From Eledone cirrhosa (Eukaryota), in assembly GCA_964016885.1 (NCBI GenBank), contig OZ024744.1, positions 71,114,001 to 71,178,000 on the forward strand: 64,000 nt of DNA. Direction: 5' to 3'. Positions 54,347-64,000 of the stretch are shown one piece after another. Below the pieces are notes generated by a model. That model was given only the letters and a program-made list of their open reading frames with translations, was not told the DNA's origin and did no database searches. The translations under genes and the position numbers were made by a program. The stretch's first letter is position 1, and the number at the start of each line of letters is the position of its first letter.

Positions 54347-57300
54347 TATTCCTTGAATCTCAGTCATTGATGTTGGTTAACTGGAAAGTCCGTTGGAATG
54401 AATATCAAGCCACTACCTGCAGCCTCAGATATTCAGGACGTATCGGAGGGTTCTTGCTGTTCCAAGCAAGCATGCATTTTGAAGCGTTCCAAAAAGCGTG
54501 AAGGGGCCGATTTTCTTTAACCATCCCTGGAAACTTTTGGAGATAGTCCCCAGTGCGCCTATGACAATCGGGATCACTTTGACTTCATGGCAGTTCCAAA
54601 TCCTTTTCACCTCCCACTTTAGGTCCTGGTATCGGTTAATTTTCTCCCTCTCCTTCTCTTGCACTCTCGTGTCGAACGGGCAGGCCACATCCACAATCAG
54701 ACACGATCTTTTTTCTTTGTCCACAACCACCAGGTCAGGTCTATTGTGTTCCAGTTTTTTGTCCGTCTGTATCCTAAAATCCCACACCACCTTCACCTGA
54801 TTGTTCTCCATCACCGCCTCTGGCCTATGCTCATACCATTTCTCAGAATGTGGTAAATTGTTTACTTTGCACAGGTGCCAGTGGATCACCCTGCCCATCA
54901 CATCGTGTCTCCAACCCTTATAGTGGGTCTGGGCTAGGTGTTTACACTCGGACACAATGTGAGCCACAGTCTCCTCTCTCTCTCCACAGATCCTGCACAG
55001 TGGGCTAGCCTCCTCCTTGTAAATATGGTGCTTCAACCACTTCGTTTTGAGGGCCTGCTCCTGCGCAACCATTAGCATTCCTTCTGTAGCCTTTTTGAGG
55101 TCTCCTCTTCTCAACCAGTTCCATGTCTGTGGATCTCTAAATTCAGTTTTCTCAAAGAAGGTACTATGAAGGGATTTTCCCTTAAGGCTGCTCTTCCTCC
55201 TTGATGTTATTTCCTCCTTGGACATCCCCTGGCCTACTGTCCCCTCCTTCAGTACAGTTCTGAGCATTGGCTCCTTACTATAGGTCACGTATTTGTATAG
55301 GTTGTTTTTCTCCATCTGAACACAGTCCTCTATGCTGATAAGACCTCTTCCACCTGCAGATCTCTTTAAGTAGAGTCTATCGACATCACTCCTCTTGTGG
55401 AACATGTTGTAGATAGTCAATAGCTTCCTAGTCTTCCTATCCATTTCTTTTTGTTCAGCAACATTCCATCTCAGAATTCCCGCACTGTACCTAATAATAG
55501 ACACAGCTCGGGAATTTACTGCGCTTATGGCATTTCTGCTGTTCAGATGTGACTTCAATACGCTCCTTATTCTCCGAATGTATTCAGTTCTTAACAATTC
55601 CTTCATTTTTTTGTTCTTTATGCCATCAGCCTCCAGAACGCCCAAATACTTGTATCCTTCCTCAGAGTCAATTTCCTTTATCATCTCACCTGTTGGTATC
55701 TGGATCCCGTTACTTCTGCTCAACCTACCCCTCCTCATCACAATGACTCCACATTTACCAATACCAAACTGCATACATATATCACTGCTGAAAATACGGA
55801 CAGTGTCAACAAGCACATCCAACCCCTTCTCACTTTTCCCGAAGAGCTTAAGATCGTCCATGAAGAGGAGGTGATTGATGGTAAGCTCTCCCCTTCCCAA
55901 CTTGTATCCTGCTCTCACTTTTCGCAGCATAATGGTCAAGGGCATCAGGGCAAGGACAAACAACAGAGGGGACAGGCTATCTCCCTGGAAGATACCTCTC
56001 TTGATCTTCACGCTTCCCAAGGATACTCCAGTTGATGTCAACTCTGTCTCCCAGGACCCCATACTCCTGCCTAGCAACTGTCTGATGTTATCCGCCACCC
56101 TGAAGATCTCCAGGCTTTTGGTGATCCAAGAATGAGGCACCATGTCAAATGCCTTTCTGTAGTCTATCCATCCCATGGCAAGATCAGTGTGTCTCCTCCT
56201 GCAATTCCCCATTACCATCTTATCAATAAGTAACTGGTCCTTTGTACCACGTGACTTCTTTCGGCATCCTTTCTGTTCGTCCGGTAACAAGTTGTTTGTG
56301 TGTGGAGGTGATGGTAGATTTCCTCAGACACAATGCTCGTCAACAGTTTCCACATTACGGACAGACATGTGATAGGTCTATAGTTGGTAACATCATTACC
56401 CTTGATTCGGTCTTTCATTATCAGAACTGTGGTACCTTTTGTCAACCACTCTGGCACCTCACCCGACACCAAGCAGTCATTGAACATGGCCGTCAACTTC
56501 GGGTGGAGGGATGTTAAATGTTTAATCCAATACCCCTGCACACCATCTGGGCCTGGTGATTTCCAGTTGGTTAGTTTTTTGGCCTGCCCCTTAAGAGTTT
56601 CAACTGTGATACTCAAATCAGTTTGTTGTTGTGCCTGCTCACCGATCTCCCTCTGTACTGTCTCAATCCACCCTGCCTGGACATTATGTCTAACATCCTG
56701 CTCCCATATTCCTCTCCAGAATGTTTTAGTTTGCTCCGCCCCAGGGATCAAGTCGTTGCCTCTTTCTTTCCCCTCAAGCTGTCCAAACAGCATCTTCTGG
56801 TTGTTGTCGAACATGCGGTTCTGTTTATACTGACTGACTCTGTTCTCGTATCGCCTGATTTTTGCACTCTTTGCTACAATGCGTTGCTTCAGTTCCTCTA
56901 TGATAATATTTAGCTTTTTCCTCCTAGTTTTGTATTTTATTTCCAGTCTATTTTTAGTGCCTATGTTTTTTAGTGTCCCATTCATTAGTGACTCAAGCTT
57001 TCCTATGTCATTTCTCATTTCCCCGATTTGCCCACTCAGTCGCTTCTTCCACCACGGCTCTGCTCTTTCTTGTCTGTTGTTTCCTCTCGCTTTTATACCA
57101 AGTAGTTTCCTCACCGTATTTGCTGTTGCTTTGAGGATATTGTTGCACTGGTGAAGGCTCCTCGCCTCAAGGTATGGGGTGACTTTGTTTACCTTAGCTG
57201 TTGTTTCTTTTAACTTTTTCCTGTCTACAAATCTTAGGTTCATAGGTCTCCCACTATCATTGTTCAATTCATCTACCACTAAATTTAGGATGTCAACCGA

Positions 57301-57912
57301 ATCTTGTCCTAGCCCGTCAGCATTCATCTCCTCAGTGGCCGTATCTCTGTTCCAGGTATTATTTATCTCAGTATTCAGATCATTGTCTGCTTCGGGTGGT
57401 TCCTCCGTTCTCAGGACCTCTTCACCTTCATTTCCCACTGGCTCGCTTGTCTGGCATACTACACCCGCCATCTCCAAGCCATTCTCTCTGCTCAGTTCCT
57501 CCAGTTCCAGCTCGCTTATCCACCCATTAGTTCTTATTACCCGAGCCTGCCCGGCCAATTTTTGTTCATCTAATTTAAATAAACCAATCTCGTTCCAGAT
57601 GTTATGCATCCGTCTCCTGTAGCCCCTCTCCTTGGGGTTACTTTTCAGGTAACATTGCATAACAGTTCTATTCAATTCTTTCGTCCAGTTGGTTCTGGCC
57701 CCCTTCCTTCTTCTCCTTCCTCCAACATCAGCAGTATTTGGTTGACAGTCAGGTTCCTGCTGCTGAGCCAGGGGGCACCTGTTGGGTGAGAGTCTGTCAC
57801 ATGACGTTCTAGTCTCCATTTCACCGTTATTCGAACTGTCTATGTTCGATATTTAAACACTCTTATCGAGGATTGGCGAATGTATGGTTACATAGCCATC
57901 TGTGGATCCGCC
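54347..57912 (-). mobile_element. Near full-length R4/Dong-like non-LTR element (RT + CCHC + restriction-like endonuclease), one frameshift at ~56290
   Basis: ORFs 56212-57819 and 54425-56290. [63 protein letters not shown]. (TAA)n on both sides. Confidence 0.9.
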
Positions 57913-57957
<45 letters not shown>

Positions 57958-57990
57958 TATTATTACTTTTTTTTTTTTTTTTTTTTTTTC

Positions 57991-58718
57991 CAATTCAATG
58001 ATGTTCCAGAACAATATAAAAGAGATAATTGGCAATTTAGGTTCTGGAACAAAGAAGATCATTGGCAATAAGGGCAGGGGCCTCAGGTTATCACAGCCTG
58101 GGCCCGCTCATCATCGTGCCATTGTAATAGAGCCAAACAAGGCATTTAGTCTTGGCTGCTGGAACGTACGGACGCTGCTTGACGGATTCCTTGGGGCGTC
58201 CTGAACGAAGGACCGCTCTTGTTGCAAAGGAGCTTCGACGTTACGATCTTGACATCGTGGCTTTATCTGAGACGAGGTTAGCTGGAGATGGTCATCTTAC
58301 GGAATTTTGTGGAGAATATACATTCTTCTGGAAAGGAAGAGATGAAGGAACCAGAAGAGAGGCTGGGGTAGGATTTGCTGTTAAGACTGTACTTGTGAAC
58401 AAATTAGAAGAATTCCCAGTAGGGATTAGTGAGCGTCTTATGTCCATGAGAGTTCCGCTGGACAAGGGAAGATATGCTACCCTGGTGAGTATGTATGCTC
58501 CAACTATGAGTTCTGTCGATGAGGAAAAGATGTCCTTTTACCATGCCTTGAAAGGTGTTTTAAGAAATATCCGTCAGGCAGACAAAGTCATCGTGCTTGG
58601 TGACTTTAATGCTAGAGTGGGTAGGGATTTTAACACATGGAATGTAATCGGAAGGCATGGGGTGGGAAAGTGTAACAGCAATAGTATGCTCCTGCTGCAG
58701 ATGTGTGAGGAGTTGGAT
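57991..58718 (+). pseudogene. RTE-like 5' region and APE endonuclease fragment
   Basis: [38 protein letters not shown]. Confidence 0.85.
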
Positions 58719-58769
58719 ATGTATATATATATATATCTGTATATATATAAATATATATATATATGTATG

Positions 58770-58819
<50 letters not shown>

Positions 58820-58825
58820 TATGTT

Positions 58826-58909
<84 letters not shown>

Positions 58910-58912
<3 letters not shown>

Positions 58913-59158
58913 TTGTCACCAAAACTATGTCGTCGGCAAATTCAGCATCCGATACCTTTTTCGCCCTAACTCTCCTGCTCTGAGCCGGTGCTACAGTAAA
59001 GCCAGTGTCCTGGTGTTTCTCCAGTGCAAGGCGCATACAATAGTCCACTACGATGATAAAAAGGTAGGGAGCCAATGTATCTCCCTGGAGCACTCCAGCC
59101 AGTATCTCAAAGAACTCTGTCATTCGTCCATGGATCTCGGGAATTTTACCCGCCTTAG
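58910..59158 (-). pseudogene. RTE-like RT core fragment
   Basis: [18 protein letters not shown]...EFADDIVL. Confidence 0.82.
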
Positions 59159-59159
59159 A

Positions 59160-59350
59160 TAGATATATATGTATATATACATACACATATATATACACAT
59201 ATATATACACATATATATACAGATATATACACATATATATACATACATATTTATACATATATATATGTTCATATATATACATATATATACATACATATAT
59301 ACATATATACATATACATATACATATATATACATATACATATATATATAC

Positions 59351-59400
<50 letters not shown>

Positions 59401-59446
59401 ACATATGTATGTATATATACATATATATATACACATATATAAACAC

Positions 59447-59503
<57 letters not shown>

Positions 59504-59570
59504 CATATATATATATATATATACATATATAAACATATATATATATATATACATATATATATACATATAC

Positions 59571-59647
<77 letters not shown>

Positions 59648-59690
59648 TATACATATGTATGTATATATGCATATATATACATATATAAAC

Positions 59691-59721
<31 letters not shown>

Positions 59722-59751
59722 AATATATATACATATATATACGTACATATA

Positions 59752-59785
<34 letters not shown>

Positions 59786-59796
59786 CATATATATAC

Positions 59797-59871
<75 letters not shown>

Positions 59872-60145
59872 TATATATATACATATATATATACATATAC
59901 ATATATATACAATATATATTTATATATACATATATATATATACATATTTATATATAAATACATATATATATATACATACATATATATATATATACATCTG
60001 TATATACATATATATATATACATATATATATATATACATATGTATATACATATATATATACATATATATACATATATATATACATATATATACATACATA
60101 TACATACATATATATATACACATATATATATATATACATATATAC

Positions 60146-60180
<35 letters not shown>

Positions 60181-60376
60181 CATATATATACATACATTTA
60201 TATATATACATATACATACATACATATACATATATATACATACATATACATACATACATATATATACATATATATACATATATACATATATATACATAAT
60301 ATATATACATATACATATACATATATATATACATATACATATATTTATACATATATATATACATATATATATATAT
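59160..60376. repeat. (TA)n/(TACA)n microsatellite, paralogous to the tracts flanking the palindromic PLE
   Basis: Shares diagnostic interruptions with 46044-46630, 51373-51645 and 52330-52620. Confidence 0.8.
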
Positions 60377-60379
60377 AAC

Positions 60380-61565
60380 TTTGAATAACTTTGAAATGTT
60401 TTGGCCAGTATTGGCCCAGGCCATGTCTAAATTAATAGCACCACCAGGCGAAGTCTTTCAATTCAGGATTTGGGCACCATGGCCCATTCGAGAAGAGAAT
60501 TACTGTTTGCGGAGACATATCCGGGTGTGGGTGGTTTGTCCGGGATTACTTGGAGGAATTTGTCCAAAGACTTCTTGTATTTTGTGTGGTCAGTTTCTGT
60601 TTTGACGTGTCCTGGTGTGATGTTGAAGAGAGCAGGGCCGATTGAGGTGAAATAATTGTGCCGTATTGTTGTTATGAGTTGCGATTTAGATTTTTGAATG
60701 GGACGGATAGCACGGGGCCCAAGCCTTGGGTGTATCTTGAAGGCGATGCCAACATCATTTGGGCAGTGATGATGGAACATTTTCCACATCATGCAGATAA
60801 TATAACGCTCACGGCGACGTTGGAGTGAGTAAAGTTTCAGGTTTTCTAATCGACCCCAGTAGTCAAGGTCTGACATGCCATCTATCTTTTTCGTGATTGC
60901 CCTTTGAGGAGCTTCAAGTTTCATGATACTTTGTTTCGTGTGGGGAGACCACAGTGGACAACAGTATTCAAGGTGTGGTCGGGCAAAAGTAGAGAAGAGA
61001 AGGATAATGGTGCGGGAATCTCTCGACTGGAAGGTTCTGAGGATCCAGGAACACATTCTGCGGGCCATGTCAACTTTGCTGCTTATATGCGTGGTCCAGC
61101 TTATGTTGCTGTCCACGGTTACTCCCAAGTCTCTGATGTTGTTAGATGCCACGAGAGTTTCCCCGGAGGGAAGGGAGTACGGGAGTTTCAGAGCATCCTC
61201 TTTTCCAAAGTGGATCAGTTCGAATTTGTCTTCGTTCAGTAACATGTTGTTCTTTTCCGCCCATTGGGTAACAGCCAGTAGGTCTGACTGAAGGCTTATC
61301 CGGTCATCCACGCCATTGATGACCTTTTGGAGCTTGGAATCATCAGCGAAAATTTTAATGTTGCTGTGTTTGATGATGTCAGTGATGTCATTAATATAGA
61401 TGATGAAGAGAAGTGGGCCCAACACAGTGCCTTGTGGGACCCCACTACTGACTTTGGCTGGGCTGGATTTGACTCCCTCAACTACAACATGTTGGGTTCT
61501 GTTTGACAGGAAGCTCTTGATCCACTGCAGCAGCTTTCCAGTGACACCAATATTGGACAGCTTTC

Positions 61566-61566
<1 letters not shown>
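60380..61566 (-). pseudogene. CR1/L2/Jockey-group LINE RT 3' part
   Basis: [53 protein letters not shown]. Confidence 0.9.
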
Positions 61567-61654
<88 letters not shown>

Positions 61655-61674
61655 ACATATGTATGTATATATAC

Positions 61675-61705
<31 letters not shown>

Positions 61706-61806
61706 CATACATATATATACATATATATACATACATATATATATATACATACATATATATACATATATATATACATACATATATATATATACATACATAT
61801 ATATAG

Positions 61807-61865
<59 letters not shown>

Positions 61866-61902
61866 CATATATATATATACATATATATATATATACACAT
61901 AT

Positions 61903-61970
<68 letters not shown>

Positions 61971-62029
61971 TATATACATATATATACATATATATATACA
62001 TATATATATACATATATATATATACATAC

Positions 62030-62139
<110 letters not shown>

Positions 62140-62146
62140 ATATATA

Positions 62147-62834
62147 TGATGAAGGACTTACTTTTTCATATGTAACCCATTTGCAGCGCCGCAGCTCCAT
62201 TATTATCATATTTACACATATATTTTTTCCTCCGCTGCCACCCGTCTGTTTCGTTCTTTGTATCTTTACCCTTTCTAGCAGTCTCTCTCTCTCTGTTAGC
62301 CTCTTCCTCACCTTTCACTCACTCACTCTCTGTCACTACCTCTCCTCCTCCTCTTTCTTCCCGTTTCACCTGTCCGAATTCTTTTCTCGCGCGCTCTTGG
62401 CCAAGCCGGTATGAATTTTTTTTCTCTCTCTCTCTCTCTCGTCTGCGACTTCACAGAACTTATGTTTACCGAATTCGCAGACCAGACCCCTTCTTCTTCC
62501 CCCCGTTAGACCTGTGCGAAATTCCTTCCTTGCTCACATTTCAACCAGGTTTGATGGTCTTTATTCTCTCGTTCACGATTTCACCGAGTTTATATTCATA
62601 GAAATCTGGGACTTGTCTCTTTCTTCTCACTTTCTGTTGTTTAAACCATTTTGTTTGTTCACCCTAGCGTCCCCTTTATTTACGCGTCCCAACGACTTTT
62701 TTTAGCTGTTGTTCGCACCAACCTGAGGTATATGGCCTTTAAAGCGATGAAATGCCTAAGACGGTTGGAAGGCCACTGATGAAGGACTTACTTTTTCATA
62801 TGTAACCCATTTGCAACGCCGCAGCTCCATTATT

Positions 62835-62841
<7 letters not shown>
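62147..62841 (+). mobile_element. Non-coding 1.1-mer repeat (630-bp period, ~65-bp terminal redundancy) between (TA)n tracts
   Basis: 62147-62211 is repeated at 62777-62841. Related to 23400-24590. Confidence 0.75.
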
Positions 62842-62903
<62 letters not shown>

Positions 62904-62906
<3 letters not shown>

Positions 62907-63127
62907 ACTGGATTTGTAAACTCATCATCAATGGTCCGTAGATGTCCTCCTTCTCCTGTATTTTTCTGACAACGTTTACATCAAGTGGGCAGCTGATCTC
63001 CACAACAGAACACGTTTTCAATGTGTGGTCCCAAATTACAATATCAGGCCGGTTGTGCTTTAATTTGGTGGCAGTTTTATTTTCAGGTTCCACCAGTATT
63101 CCTTAGTGCCATCTGTCTCAATTATGT
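62904..63127 (-). pseudogene. RLE endonuclease fragment, inverted copy
   Basis: Reverse complement of 63553-63775. Confidence 0.85.
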
Positions 63128-63180
63128 ATATATATATGTATGTATATATATATGTACATATATATATATATGTATATATA

Positions 63181-63306
<126 letters not shown>

Positions 63307-63363
63307 TATATATATACACACATATATATATATATATATATACACACACATATATATATATAT

Positions 63364-63528
<165 letters not shown>

Positions 63529-63552
63529 TATATACATGCATATATATATATA

Positions 63553-63966
63553 CATAATTGAGACAGATGGCACTAAGGAATACTGGTGGAACCTGAAAAT
63601 AAAACTGCCACCAAATTAAAGCACAACCGGCCTGATATTGTAATTTGGGACCACACATTGAAAACGTGTTCTGTTGTGGAGATCAGCTGCCCACTTGTTG
63701 TAAACGTTGTCAGAAAAATACAGGAGAAGGAGGACATCTACGGACCATTGATGAGGAGTTTGCAAATCCAGTATCCAAGATACACCTTTAGCTTCATACC
63801 CATCATTATTGGAGCTACGGGTTATATACCAACCCGCTTGGACCAAAGTATGACTGAACTTGGATTTGCGGACAAAAAGCGCAGCTCCCTAATTCATAGT
63901 CTACAAATGGCTGCGATAGCTGGCACCTTCAAAATTTGCAAAACATTCTTGCGATTCAAGGGATGA
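63553..63966 (+). pseudogene. Non-LTR element restriction-like endonuclease C-terminus
   Basis: [18 protein letters not shown]...Y..L..IPIIIGATG. Confidence 0.85.
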
Positions 63967-64000
63967 CAATTTCTTTTCTTTTACAACCTTGCCACCAGTA

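Noticed and set aside
62740-62841. Hammerhead or SECIS at ctgatgaaggact (also 23860-23872 on the minus strand)
   Set aside because: No matching stem II partner or downstream GAAA. The fold is unsupported, although the motif is conserved between copies.

Overview
Eukaryotic, gene-free, repeat-saturated DNA. It is probably from an octopus or another cephalopod, judged only from a tRNA-derived SINE that resembles octopus SINEs (unverified). Long (TA)n/(TACA)n microsatellites separate mobile elements. These are a Helitron with a Pif1 helicase remnant, two non-autonomous Helitrons, several RTE-clade LINE fragments, two nested Ty3/gypsy elements, a Tc1 (DD34E) transposon, an R4/Dong-like RLE LINE sitting in (TAA)n, a CR1/L2-like RT fragment and three Penelope-like element (PLE) loci. 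No host gene is supported, and the Y/I/C/V-rich ORFs are translated microsatellites. The main hidden signal is 19 type I hammerhead ribozyme (HHR) folds found by eye, from about 11 unrelated sequence families. Most lie in short non-coding modules embedded in (TA)n, arranged either as head-to-head foldbacks or as 1.x-mer direct repeats. A young 4.7-kb palindromic RT+GIY-YIG PLE has the same architecture, and its apparent empty target site survives as a paralogous microsatellite at ~59.2-60.4 kb. Together this suggests a (TA)n-targeted PLE/retrozyme-like system. All folds and coordinates are manual and should be confirmed computationally.
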